Shown in pieces: positions 1-9,830 of a DNA stretch of 64,000 nt. The DNA comes from Nannocystales bacterium (GTDB taxonomy: Bacteria > Myxococcota_A > Polyangia > Nannocystales > Nannocystaceae). The notes under the pieces are model-generated. The model saw only the letters and a list, made by a program, of their open reading frames with translations, was not told the DNA's origin and searched no databases. A program made the position numbers and the translations under genes. Positions within the stretch are counted from its first letter, which is position 1. Each line of letters starts with the position of its first letter. The stretch covers positions 46,433 to 110,432 of the forward strand of contig JBOEGF010000017.1 of NCBI GenBank assembly GCA_050633305.1, given 5' to 3'.

Positions 1-224
1 CGCTGACCGCTGTCACCCACGCCGTGGCGCTCGCGTACGGCATGGACGCGGACTACGGCAGCCTCGCGCCGGGCAAGGTCGCCAACATCGTGATCTGGCC
101 GGCCGATCCCTTTGAGCTCTCGACGGTGCCCGAGGCCGTGGTGATCCGTGGAGAGTCGATTCCGCTACGCTCTCGGCAGACCGACCTGCGAGACCGCTAC
201 CTGCGGCGTTTCGAGGCCCCATGA
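1..224 (+). CDS. Amidohydrolase family protein, C-terminal part (truncated by window edge)
   Basis: GSLAPGKVANIVIW matches the GxL/IxxGKxADxVxW C-terminal motif of metal-dependent amidohydrolases; stop overlaps next ATG (ATGA). Confidence 0.75.
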   Translation, partial: LTAVTHAVALAYGMDADYGSLAPGKVANIVIWPADPFELSTVPEAVVIRGESIPLRSRQTDLRDRYLRRFEAP

Positions 225-1651
225 CCGCGCTCGAGCCACCTCGTGCCGAGGTTGAGCGCTGGCTCGCGTTGATCGGGCGTCACGTGCTCGACCACGTCGA
301 ACGCCTGCCCGACATGAGCTCGGCCGGCGCCGGAGAAGCCGGATTGCCGCAGGCCGAAGCGTTGAGCCTGCCGATCGCCGAGACCCCCCACGCGGACTTC
401 GAGACCCTGCTGCAACACGTCGTGCAGGCCGCCGAGGTGTCCACAAACACCGCCGGGCCAGGATACCTCGCGTACATCCCCGGCGGCGGCCTGCTCACCG
501 CGGGCGTCGCCGACCTGGTCGCGAACTGGATGAACCGCTACACCGGACTGAGTGCTGCGGCACCCGCCCTGTGTCGACTCGAGGCGGACGTCATTCGCTG
601 GCTGGCGACGCAGTTCGGCTACGGTCCTGACGCCTACGGCCTGCTCACCAGCGGTGGCTCCCTCGCGAACTTCTCGGCGGTGGTCACCGCTCGGCACGCG
701 CGGCTCGGCGAATCCGGCGACTATCGGGCGGCCCGGGTGTACACGTCGGCGCAAGCCCACCACAGCGTCTCGAAGTCGGTCGCACTGGCGGGGATCCCGC
801 CGGCCAACGTCATCTCCATCGCGACCGACGACCGGTTGCGTATGCGACCCGATGCCCTCGACGCACAGGCCCGCACAGACCTCCAGGCCGGCCTGCAACC
901 GTTCCTGCTGGTCACCGCCGCGGGAACCACGAACACGGGCGCCATCGATCCTCTGGGCCCGCTCTCCGACCTCTGCCAAACCCACGGGCTGTGGCACCAC
1001 GTCGACGGTGCGTACGGCGGCGCGTTCGCCTTGTGCGAAACAGGACGGTCTCGCCTCACCGACATCGAACGTGCGGACTCGATCACGTTCGACCCCCACA
1101 AGGGCATGTTCCTTCCATATGGCACGGGCTGCCTGCTGGTCCGTGATGGCGAAGCGCTGCGAGCTGCACACCAGGCCGACGCACCATACCTTCAGGACTT
1201 TGGTCGCGACGGCGGACTCCCACCCAGCCCGATGGACTTCGGTCCCGAGCTCAGCCGCGACTATCGGGGCCTCCGCGTCTGGCTCCCGCTGCAGCTGCAC
1301 GGCGCATCTGCGTTTCGTTCGGCGCTCGAAGAAAAGCTCTCCCTCGCGCAGCACCTGGCTGACGCGGTCGAGGCCTCCCCTGCCCTCGAATTGGTCGATG
1401 CTCCGCAGCTGACGGTGGTCCCATTTCGCCCAAAGCGAAGGGACGCGGAGCCGCTGCAGACATGGAATGCCCGATCGCTCGCGTTGTGTGAAGCGGTCAA
1501 CGCCTGCGGTCGGGTCTACCTGAGCACCACCCGTCTCCCGCACCCCGAGGGGGAGGTCGTCGCGGTCCGAGCGTGTGTCTTGAGCTTTCGCACCCACAGC
1601 GAGCAGATTGGCTACGCCATCGAAGACATCACGGCTGCCGCCGACTGCTAG
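221..1651 (+). CDS. PLP-dependent group II decarboxylase (aromatic-L-amino-acid decarboxylase-like)
   Basis: TSGGSLAN, AGTTNTGAIDPL, HVDGAYG and SITFDPHK (PLP lysine) motifs. Confidence 0.9.
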   Translation: MTALEPPRAEVERWLALIGRHVLDHVERLPDMSSAGAGEAGLPQAEALSLPIAETPHADFETLLQHVVQAAEVSTNTAGPGYLAYIPGGGLLTAGVADLVANWMNRYTGLSAAAPALCRLEADVIRWLATQFGYGPDAYGLLTSGGSLANFSAVVTARHARLGESGDYRAARVYTSAQAHHSVSKSVALAGIPPANVISIATDDRLRMRPDALDAQARTDLQAGLQPFLLVTAAGTTNTGAIDPLGPLSDLCQTHGLWHHVDGAYGGAFALCETGRSRLTDIERADSITFDPHKGMFLPYGTGCLLVRDGEALRAAHQADAPYLQDFGRDGGLPPSPMDFGPELSRDYRGLRVWLPLQLHGASAFRSALEEKLSLAQHLADAVEASPALELVDAPQLTVVPFRPKRRDAEPLQTWNARSLALCEAVNACGRVYLSTTRLPHPEGEVVAVRACVLSFRTHSEQIGYAIEDITAAADC

Positions 1652-1662
1652 AACAGTGCTCG

Positions 1663-2037
1663 ATGAGCCACCCTTCGACGCGCAGCCTCGAGTACGGCCC
1701 CATCTTCGCCTGGTCCAAGCAGCACGACGGCCTGATCTACACATCGGGTCACGCGGCGGTCGGCGTGGAGGACCTCAAGTTCACCTACGGCGACTTTGTG
1801 CACGAGGCCCGTGCCACGTTCCAGAATCTGCAGCGCACGCTGGAGAAGGCGGGCTCGAGCTTGAAGAACGTCATCAAGGTCACCTGCTACATGACCGACC
1901 TGGGCAACTTCGGGCTCTTCAACCAGGTCTACACCGAGTTCTTCGATGTGGAAGCGCCCCCGGTCCGGACATGCGTCGAGGTCCGGCGGCTTCCGTACGA
2001 CTTCAAACTCGAAGTCGAAGTCGTCGCCAGCGCCTGA
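1663..2037 (+). CDS. RidA/YjgF family protein
   Basis: IYTSG, VIKVTCYMTD, FNQVYTEFF, PVRTCVEV (catalytic Arg), LEVEVVA; start taken at ATG 1663. Confidence 0.85.
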   Translation: MSHPSTRSLEYGPIFAWSKQHDGLIYTSGHAAVGVEDLKFTYGDFVHEARATFQNLQRTLEKAGSSLKNVIKVTCYMTDLGNFGLFNQVYTEFFDVEAPPVRTCVEVRRLPYDFKLEVEVVASA

Positions 2038-2040
2038 GGC

Positions 2041-4761
2041 TCACGGGAGAGCCAAGAGCGCCGCAACCTCGTCGACCCGCGCGGCCTGATGGTTGGGCTG
2101 AGCCGCGAACGCCTTCGAAGCGTGCTCGAGGCTTGCGAGAACTTCGTCCTTCGCGTCCCCACGCTCCAACCGAGCTTTGGCCAGGGCCAGATGGGCACGA
2201 CCACGCTCGATGGGATGCACCGAGCCCTCGGACGAACGCCGCACCGCCTCCGCCGCGGCCTTGATGCTGGCGTCGGTGTCCAGCGCCTGCAGCTGAAGTT
2301 CCGATCGGAGGCGATACACAATGACGAGGAACGGATGCTCGGGATTGAGAGACGCCAGCAGCGGTTCGCCTTGCTGCAGCAGCTGGAGTCCAACGTCGGT
2401 GCGTTCGGTCGCGAGGGCAGACACCGCGCCCGAGATGCATAGGATCCCCGTGACGGGGTTGCCCTTGCCAAACAGCGCTTCGAGGTCGGCCATCAGCCGG
2501 TGTGTCGACGCAAGGGCCTCCGCATGCCTGCCTCGAGCGCGGGCCAGCGCATTCATGAAGTCGCGCGCTGCGATCGAGAACACATGTTTGTCTCCGTGCA
2601 GCTCGAGCACCCGCTGAGCGGCAGGCACCCCGATCCGTTCCGCACGCTGCGCGTGGCCGTTTTCGATCAATGCGATCGAGAAGTTGAGCTTGAGATGCTC
2701 TGCGGGTCGGGTGCCCTGTGCTCCGACCTCCTCGTAGCGCTGCAAGGCTTCCCCGTAGTGTGCCAACGCCGATGCCTCGAGACCGAGTTGGTGCTCAGCG
2801 TCGGCGAGATTTGCAAGCGCCTTGAGTCGGCCGACGGAGGTCGCACCGCTTCGCTTCTCCATGGCGTCGTCGACCTCCTCAAAACGAGTCTTCGCGGCCT
2901 GGAACTTGCCGCGGTACAGCTCCAGGGCCCCCAGGTTCGACTGCGCCCGCAGTCGAGTCCTCGCAGGAGTCCCGGGGACTGCCACCGCCTCTGCATAGGC
3001 CGCCTCGGCGGCATTGTAATCGCCGGTCAGCTGATGAGCGTTCCCCACCGCGACCTCGACAGCCGCCGAAGGACGCCCCGTCCGCCGCACCGCGGCGCGT
3101 GCTGCCGGGGCAAGCGCCACGACGATGCCGGCCTCGCCGTTGAGCGCGTAGGCCTGTAGCCGACTTGTGAGCGCCCGACTCGTCGCAAAATCGGACCCCG
3201 CCTCGCTTGCGAGTTCGAGCGCGGCCTCGAACTGCGTGTCGGCGGTGGCGGTGTCCCCCGCGGTCCTGGCCAGTCCTGCGAGGTCCGTCCGCGCGAGGGA
3301 CTCGACCCCCATCCAGCCCAAGGCCTTCGCCTCTTCCACCACGGCCTTCAACTCCGTCGCGGCGGCTTCATGACGGCCTGCGACAACCCACGTCCGACCT
3401 TTGGCCAAGCGTCGGAGGACCGCCTGAGCACGCGCGGGGTCCGAGACCTCGCGATACATCGCGTCCTCATCGGCGCGGCGGCAGTACTGGACGTCCTGCA
3501 GCGAATCCAAGAGCTGCTCGAACTCCTCTCCGCCCGCTTCGAGTGCGAGGTCTCGACTCGCCCGGAGCAGCTCGAGTCGCCCGTCGAGACAAACCCGTCG
3601 CGGCATGTCTTCGGCAGCGACACGACACGCCTCGACATATGCGTCCGCCAGGGACCCTGCGTAGACATCGAGCCCCGTCACGACGGCTGCCGCCCGATCG
3701 CTCGCAACATCATCCGCCGGCTCGTCGACCCGCGCGAGGAGCGTGTTTTTGTCGCTCTGAGACCACGCCCCCGCGACGTGCGATGCGGCGCCCTGACACT
3801 GGGTCTCCTCCGCGGTCGAGACGGCCCACATCGCTCCCGCGCCCAGGGATCCGGCCACAACGACAGCCGCCGCCGTCTGCCACTGGGTTCGCCGAGGCGG
3901 GGCCGTCTGTGCGAGCAGTGTCTCCATGTCGGGCCACCGGTCCGCGGCGTCGGTGGAGATTCCTTGCAACAGGGCGTGCCAGACCCCGCGCGGGATCGAG
4001 GTCGGACGGGCGGGAAGCTGGGTTTCACCTTCGAGGATGGCCCGCGAGATCGAGGACGGGGACATGCCGGGAAACGCTCGACGCCCCAACGCGCACTCGA
4101 GCCACGTGGCACAGAACGCGAACTGATCCGCGCGCGCATCGAGAGCCTCGCGACGGTGCTGCTCGGGAGGCATGTACGCAGGGGTCCCCAGCGGCGAGAC
4201 CTCGGTGCCACCCCCGGTACGGTCCTGAACCTGCGCCAGCCCGAAGTCCACAACGAGGACCCGCCCGTCATCGGCGATCATGACGTTCTCGGGCTTGAAG
4301 TCCAGGTGCACGAGGCTCTGGGCATGTGCCGCGGCGAGACCGAGCCCTGCCTGTCGCATGGCGGCCGAGAGCGCCGCCATGTTCCCTCGGTTGTCCTCGC
4401 TCCACGTCCGCAACGTTTTCCCCTCGACGTACTCCATGGCGATGAAGACGCCATCGGGAAGGTCGCCGACGTCGTGCACGGTGACGACATTGGGGTGCGA
4501 GAGGCGGGCCAGTGTTTGGGCCTCCTCGCGCAGCCGGGTGCTGCTGGAGCGCCGTCGGCGGACGATCTTCAGCGCGACGGTCCGATCGAGTTCGGGATCG
4601 TGCGCGGCGTACACGGTCCCCATTCCTCCCCGGCCCAACGTGCGCAACACGAGGTAGCGCCCAACGATGTCGCCACGCACCAGCTCCGACGACGCGTACT
4701 CCTGCCGTGGCGCATCGTCGGCGCCCAGAGTCTGGTCTTCGTCAATCGTGTGAGGCGTCAC
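2041..4761 (-). CDS. Ser/Thr protein kinase with TM segment and TPR repeats
   Basis: GRGGMGTV, VALK, HLDFKPEN, DFG, GTPAYMPPE; hydrophobic segment then TPR-like helices; GTG start at 4761 inferred. Confidence 0.85.
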   Translation of the reverse strand: MTPHTIDEDQTLGADDAPRQEYASSELVRGDIVGRYLVLRTLGRGGMGTVYAAHDPELDRTVALKIVRRRRSSSTRLREEAQTLARLSHPNVVTVHDVGDLPDGVFIAMEYVEGKTLRTWSEDNRGNMAALSAAMRQAGLGLAAAHAQSLVHLDFKPENVMIADDGRVLVVDFGLAQVQDRTGGGTEVSPLGTPAYMPPEQHRREALDARADQFAFCATWLECALGRRAFPGMSPSSISRAILEGETQLPARPTSIPRGVWHALLQGISTDAADRWPDMETLLAQTAPPRRTQWQTAAAVVVAGSLGAGAMWAVSTAEETQCQGAASHVAGAWSQSDKNTLLARVDEPADDVASDRAAAVVTGLDVYAGSLADAYVEACRVAAEDMPRRVCLDGRLELLRASRDLALEAGGEEFEQLLDSLQDVQYCRRADEDAMYREVSDPARAQAVLRRLAKGRTWVVAGRHEAAATELKAVVEEAKALGWMGVESLARTDLAGLARTAGDTATADTQFEAALELASEAGSDFATSRALTSRLQAYALNGEAGIVVALAPAARAAVRRTGRPSAAVEVAVGNAHQLTGDYNAAEAAYAEAVAVPGTPARTRLRAQSNLGALELYRGKFQAAKTRFEEVDDAMEKRSGATSVGRLKALANLADAEHQLGLEASALAHYGEALQRYEEVGAQGTRPAEHLKLNFSIALIENGHAQRAERIGVPAAQRVLELHGDKHVFSIAARDFMNALARARGRHAEALASTHRLMADLEALFGKGNPVTGILCISGAVSALATERTDVGLQLLQQGEPLLASLNPEHPFLVIVYRLRSELQLQALDTDASIKAAAEAVRRSSEGSVHPIERGRAHLALAKARLERGDAKDEVLASLEHASKAFAAQPNHQAARVDEVAALLALP

Positions 4762-4816
4762 GGCGACAGCCCCAAGCGTACACGGTTGCGGCAGCGTTCC
4801 TGTACCCTGAGCGTCG

Positions 4817-5716
4817 ATGCACCTGTTCCGTCGCCGCCACTGGCTCGAGCTCGCAGGGGCGGGGTGTATCGTCGGTTGCCGAGCCACAGGGACCCGCGCC
4901 CCAGAAGCCGCCCGGGAACCCTACCCTACATTTCGTGCCGCGCATCCTTCGGCTCTGCTCGAACCCGCGCCTGGCCCGGCCCGATTTGACAACGCCGCAT
5001 TGGATGCTCGGCTTGACCGTGTCCAATGGTCCGGGCCCCTGGGTCCCATGCACGGATGGCTTGCGGTCCCCGAGGGGGACGGGCCATTCCCGGGGCTGGT
5101 CTGGCTGCATGGAGCGTTTGCAGCCTCCGCCGAGCAGTTCGAGCCTCTCGGGACCCGATTCCCGCCGCCGGGCTTCGCCGTCTTCGTGCCCTCGTGGCGC
5201 GGCGAGAATGGCAACCCCGGCGAGCGGGAGTTGCTCGCCGGAGAACTGGACGACGCGGTCGCGGCGGTCCGATGGTTCGCGCAGCATCCCCAGGTGGACG
5301 CGGCGCGGGTGTTCGCTCTGGGTCACTCGGTTGGCGGCGCGCTCGCTGCCTTGCTGGCGCTGCTTCCCGACCTGCCCTTGCGGGAGACCGCCAGCGTGGG
5401 CGGGATCTATGTCCCGCAGACCTTCGTGCGATGGTCCAAGACCGAGCACAACGGACCCCTGGTTCGTTTTGACGCAACCGACCCCGATGAAGGGCGCCTG
5501 CGCACCCTCGAAGGCAACGTGGCCGATCTGCTGCGCCCCCACATCGCGTACGTCGGCCGGGACGACCCCTGGTTCCATCCCAACGTGGAACGGATGAAGA
5601 GCCTCGCAGTGCGCACCGGTGCCCCGTTCGAAGCGACCTACGTCGACGGGGATCACATGAGTTCCCTCGTCGCCGGGTACTCGATGTACGTCGCGCGGCT
5701 CCAGGAGTTCGTGTGA
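4817..5716 (+). CDS. Alpha/beta hydrolase (S9/dienelactone hydrolase-like), possible Tat lipoprotein
   Basis: VWLHG, GHSVGG nucleophile elbow, C-terminal GDH; N-terminal RRRHWL...IVGC. Confidence 0.8.
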   Translation: MHLFRRRHWLELAGAGCIVGCRATGTRAPEAAREPYPTFRAAHPSALLEPAPGPARFDNAALDARLDRVQWSGPLGPMHGWLAVPEGDGPFPGLVWLHGAFAASAEQFEPLGTRFPPPGFAVFVPSWRGENGNPGERELLAGELDDAVAAVRWFAQHPQVDAARVFALGHSVGGALAALLALLPDLPLRETASVGGIYVPQTFVRWSKTEHNGPLVRFDATDPDEGRLRTLEGNVADLLRPHIAYVGRDDPWFHPNVERMKSLAVRTGAPFEATYVDGDHMSSLVAGYSMYVARLQEFV

Positions 5717-6735
5717 TGCGACGGCTCTTGTTGACGCTGTGCTGCGTGCTGGGGTGCCGCACCACCAGCGGAACCGTTGCGCCGGCGCCGGTTGGCGACC
5801 GCTCCTGGTACGCGGCAGGGCCGACGCCCCCGACGACCAAGGTGTTCCTCATCGCCGGGGGCGACGACGTCGCGAACTTTGCCGCCGAAGTCCTGGAGCA
5901 GCGAACCCTATGGCGCCGAGCCGGCCTCCGTGAGGATCAGATCGCGTGTTACTGGGCGAAGCCCTCCGCCGACGACTTCGACAAAGACCGGGCCCAGTTC
6001 GAAGCCCTCGAAGTTGCGTTGCGGTCCTGCCACCGGGCGAGCCCACAGCGGGTGGCCGACGACTTGCGCGCAGCCGCTGCGCACGCTGATGGTTTCGTGT
6101 TCGTATACGTGACCTCGCACGGGCTCGCCTCGCAGCTGAGCCCGCTGGAGTCCTCGTCCAACCCTCGCGCCGCCCGGCTCGTCGCATCGCTGAGCGCGGC
6201 AGAACGCGAGGTCCTCAGTCCCGCCGCCATCGGGCTGCAAGCCGGCCGAGGTCCTGAGATCGGACAGCCAAGGGCCATCGTGGCCGAGCTGCGCCGCGGC
6301 GTAGAACCAGCCTCGGTCGTGTTCACCCCGCGGACCCTGGGCCCGTTGCTGGCGGCCTTCCCTCCCGAGGTCCGAAAGATCGTCGTGCTACAAGCCTGCT
6401 ACTCGGGAGGGTTCATCGACCACCACGCCAGCGAGGATGCCGACCCCTCCTTGGGTGCCGACGTCCTGCTGGACGTCCCCAACCTGACCGTCATGACCGC
6501 GACCGCAGCCGAGCGCCCCAGCTTTGGGTGCGGGTCAGGAGAGGCCCGCACATACTTCGGGGGCACCTTCAACGTGGCGTTGTCGCGCGCGCTCGAACAG
6601 CACGCCCCCTCCGAGCTGCCGTGGCACGACATCTACGACAACGTCGTCTTCGCGGTCGAAGCGATGGAGGCCGTCCAGGGCACCCGCAGCTCCTTGCCGG
6701 GGTTCATACAAACCGCCGCCCCGCCACAGCCCTAA
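5713..6735 (+). CDS. C13 (legumain-like) family peptidase, lipoprotein
   Basis: YVTSHG and QACYSGGF His/Cys dyad motifs, RPSFGCG; lipobox VLGC. Confidence 0.8.
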   Translation: MMRRLLLTLCCVLGCRTTSGTVAPAPVGDRSWYAAGPTPPTTKVFLIAGGDDVANFAAEVLEQRTLWRRAGLREDQIACYWAKPSADDFDKDRAQFEALEVALRSCHRASPQRVADDLRAAAAHADGFVFVYVTSHGLASQLSPLESSSNPRAARLVASLSAAEREVLSPAAIGLQAGRGPEIGQPRAIVAELRRGVEPASVVFTPRTLGPLLAAFPPEVRKIVVLQACYSGGFIDHHASEDADPSLGADVLLDVPNLTVMTATAAERPSFGCGSGEARTYFGGTFNVALSRALEQHAPSELPWHDIYDNVVFAVEAMEAVQGTRSSLPGFIQTAAPPQP

Positions 6736-7787
6736 AGAGACGGGCGTGGCTTGCCCAACAGGATCCGGTACACGAAGTCCGGGCCCCGCCGGAGCAGTCG
6801 TTGCAGCGCCACCGCCACCGCCAATGAGAGCAGGGGAAGCGCAACCCACACCACCAGCCGCGCCGCGGACGACTCGACGCCGAGGGTGAAGGCCATCCCC
6901 CGCAGGCCCCTGAGGATAAGGGCGTGACTGAGGAACATCGCGAAGATGGCCGGCTCCAGCCATCTGCGAACGAAGCGACGGGTGGGCTCGTGTTCGCACA
7001 CCCGCATCGACAACACCCAAAACGAGCTCGCACAAACGGGGCGGCGCACGAGCGCATCGAAGGCGTTGGTGTCGATGAACACAAGCGCATCCCCGGTGAG
7101 CGGACGCGCGGCGGACACCACGACGAGTCCCGCAAGCAACCACGGCGCGACCCGGCCGATCAGCGCAACGATGCGCAGACGCTCGAGCTTCAAGACCCCA
7201 AAGCCCACACCCAGTGCGAAGTACGAGACGACCTGGGAGTAGGCGAGCAGAGGCTTCGTGCTCACGAAGCCGCCCAACAAGAACAGCGGAAGCAGCACCC
7301 ACAGGCGCAACCGACGGAGCGCCAAGACCAGCAACGGCGTCGCCAAGGAGATCACGAACAGGTCGCGCAAGAACGTCAGCGGCCGGGTCACCCCGTGGTC
7401 GGAGACGGCGAACACGGCATTGACGAGGTCTTCGGGAATGGGCCGATGGAGCGCAAGCAGCATCGCGAGCGCGAGCCCGTTCCAAACCACCATCGGGATC
7501 ACCAGTCCCCGGACCCTGCCCCACGCCGCCGCGCCCCAGGAGCGCGACGAGAACACGTGCACCATCAGCAGCCCGGAGATCACCGACAGCAGTAGCACGC
7601 TCGAGCGCCCCAGGAGGTCTCGCAGTACACCTTGCACCGCCGCGCCCACGGGGCTCTCTCCCTCGCCCATCGCGATATGAACGTAGGCAACCGGCACGAT
7701 GCAGAGCACCCGGCACGCCGCGATCGCGTCCGAGTGGGTCGCGATCAAACCGCGAAGCTCGTCGTCGGACCGCGTGTCAGGCATCAC
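6732..7787 (-). CDS. Membrane acyltransferase (acyltransferase 3 family)
   Basis: Multi-TM; RVLCIVPVAYVH, ISGLL, LTFLRDLF, FAMFLSH resemble OafA/ExoZ-like motifs. Confidence 0.7.
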   Translation of the reverse strand: MMPDTRSDDELRGLIATHSDAIAACRVLCIVPVAYVHIAMGEGESPVGAAVQGVLRDLLGRSSVLLLSVISGLLMVHVFSSRSWGAAAWGRVRGLVIPMVVWNGLALAMLLALHRPIPEDLVNAVFAVSDHGVTRPLTFLRDLFVISLATPLLVLALRRLRLWVLLPLFLLGGFVSTKPLLAYSQVVSYFALGVGFGVLKLERLRIVALIGRVAPWLLAGLVVVSAARPLTGDALVFIDTNAFDALVRRPVCASSFWVLSMRVCEHEPTRRFVRRWLEPAIFAMFLSHALILRGLRGMAFTLGVESSAARLVVWVALPLLSLAVAVALQRLLRRGPDFVYRILLGKPRPSL

Positions 7788-7796
7788 CGCGTCGCG

Positions 7797-9719
7797 CTAT
7801 TCCCGGGTCAGGTAGGGGTAGTTCCTCAACATGCCAACCGCCCACGCCTCCCCCAGCGTGGTCTCGTGCCCGAGGTGTCGCTGACGTAGCTCGTGCAGCA
7901 GGCTCTCGACGTCGAAGTCCATCTGACCCAGCGCGTCCTCGTTGGTGAACCCGCTCTTGATGTCCAGCACCACGCCCTCGGAGAACTCCACGCGCGTCAC
8001 ACCAGGGCCGTGCGACTCCGGGGCGTCCGGCGCCTGCACGACGACATCGTGCGTACGCGTGAGCAGGTTGTGGTCGTTGGCCAGCGAGTCTTGATATGCG
8101 CCGGTCATGAAGAAGCCCAGGTAGTACGGCTCCTTGGTCTTGCGACGCTCGTGCAACGGAAGAAACCGCAGGTTCTCCTCGGGGTGGGCGAAGCTCTTGA
8201 GGCAGCCGTCGCTGTCGCACGTGATGTCGATGATCTCCGCCGTCACGCTGGGGCGCTCCCCGTGCCGGCTCAACGGCGCGGCGGGAAAGACCTGGTCGAT
8301 GGCCCACGTATCGGGCAACGACTGAAAGATCGAGAAGTTGGCCAGGTACTTCCGATGCGCGGTCCCGAGGTACTCGACGATTTCCTCGGACGGGCGTTTG
8401 AGCGTGGCGACGATGCGCGCGATCTTCAGGCGAACCCGCTGGAACAGCCCTTCGGCGTTGGCGCGGTCTTCGATGGTGAGGTAGCCCTTCGAGAACAACG
8501 AGAGCACCTCGTCGCGAAGGTCGATCGCATCGTGGAAGTACTCCTCGTAGTTCTTGACCGAGACCAGCTCCAGCGTTTCGCGCAACGTGGAGATGAGGCG
8601 GTTCTCATCATCGCTGGGCTCCGGCAGGGGCAGCAGGTCGCCTTGCACCTCTCGAAGGTCGGTGATCGTCACCGCGTGGGTAGCCACCACGGCGCGCCCA
8701 CTCTCGGTGATGATGTGTGGCGGCCGGGCCTTGGTCATCCGAACCGCCTCCGCCACCTCGAATACCGTCTGCGAGGCGTACTCCTCGACGGAGTAGTTGG
8801 CCGACGATGGATACGACGAACGAGAGCCGTCGTAGTCCACGCCGAGGCCCCCACCCATGTCGAGGAACTGCATGTTGGGCGCGTAGCCGGACTGCAGCTC
8901 GGCGTACAACCGAGCGCCCTCGCGAACCGCCTGCTTGATCTGCTTGATGCGCGTGATCTGAGAGCCGATGTGGAAGTGCAACAGGATCAGCTTGTCGACG
9001 AGCTCGTGCGCCTCGAGACGCCGAACCACTGCGAGAATCTCGCTGGTGGTGAGACCAAACTTCGAGGTCTCCCCACCGGAGCTCTGCCAGCGACCACTGC
9101 CCTTCGCGTAGAGCTTGGCCCGGACCCCGACATCGGGCACGACCGCCCACGGCTGGGCCGCCGCCGTGTCGACGTAGCGGATCACCTCGCGAACCGATTC
9201 GAGAATGATGATCACACGATGGCCGATCTCCGCCGCGTGGAAGGCCATGCGCATGAACTCGCGGTCCTTGAACCCGTTGACCAGCAAGGGCGCGCCTTCG
9301 GTGGGCTCGCGGGACATGGCGAGCAACAGCTCCGGCTTGCTGCCCGCCTCGAGCCCGACCGGGACGGACGCCCCGCCGACGACCGCATCGACCACGGATC
9401 GGCGCTGGTTGACCTTGACCGGAAGGACCCCGGTGTACGACGTGTCGAGTTCGTTCTCCTCCATGGCTTTGGAGAAGGCACGGCTGAGCCGATCGAGACG
9501 CGCCCCGATCATCGAGGGGAAACGAACGACGAACGGGGGCCGCACCCCCTGCGCCTCGAGAAAAGTCGAGACCTCGTAGAGGTCGACGGGCGGCAGGCCT
9601 GGAGCTCGGAACGTGAGATGTCCCTGCTCCGTCACCCCGACGAACTCTTCGCCCCAGCGCTCGACGCCATAGCGCCGTAGCGAGTTCTCCATCACGAAGT
9701 TGCCCTGCGGGGTGTCCAT
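7797..9719 (-). CDS. speA: Biosynthetic arginine decarboxylase
   Basis: PVKVNQ (PLP Lys), [54 protein letters not shown] before ATG 9719. Confidence 0.92.
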   Translation of the reverse strand: MDTPQGNFVMENSLRRYGVERWGEEFVGVTEQGHLTFRAPGLPPVDLYEVSTFLEAQGVRPPFVVRFPSMIGARLDRLSRAFSKAMEENELDTSYTGVLPVKVNQRRSVVDAVVGGASVPVGLEAGSKPELLLAMSREPTEGAPLLVNGFKDREFMRMAFHAAEIGHRVIIILESVREVIRYVDTAAAQPWAVVPDVGVRAKLYAKGSGRWQSSGGETSKFGLTTSEILAVVRRLEAHELVDKLILLHFHIGSQITRIKQIKQAVREGARLYAELQSGYAPNMQFLDMGGGLGVDYDGSRSSYPSSANYSVEEYASQTVFEVAEAVRMTKARPPHIITESGRAVVATHAVTITDLREVQGDLLPLPEPSDDENRLISTLRETLELVSVKNYEEYFHDAIDLRDEVLSLFSKGYLTIEDRANAEGLFQRVRLKIARIVATLKRPSEEIVEYLGTAHRKYLANFSIFQSLPDTWAIDQVFPAAPLSRHGERPSVTAEIIDITCDSDGCLKSFAHPEENLRFLPLHERRKTKEPYYLGFFMTGAYQDSLANDHNLLTRTHDVVVQAPDAPESHGPGVTRVEFSEGVVLDIKSGFTNEDALGQMDFDVESLLHELRQRHLGHETTLGEAWAVGMLRNYPYLTRE

Positions 9720-9830
9720 GATGCCCCTCCGTACCGCCCCAGCGGCCCGTGGGGCAAGCGACAAAACGCGTTGCCCAGGTGCGGAGGCCGCGGTGTATCG
9801 TGCCCGCCCCTCCAGGGGGAGAAAGCACCG

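Noticed and set aside
197..1744. Long antisense or alternate-frame ORFs (also 3370-4989, 34401-36716, 43061-44740, 45719-48040, 55981-57630, 59903-61540)
   Set aside because: They overlap well-supported genes, have no motifs, and are expected from stop-codon scarcity in high-GC DNA
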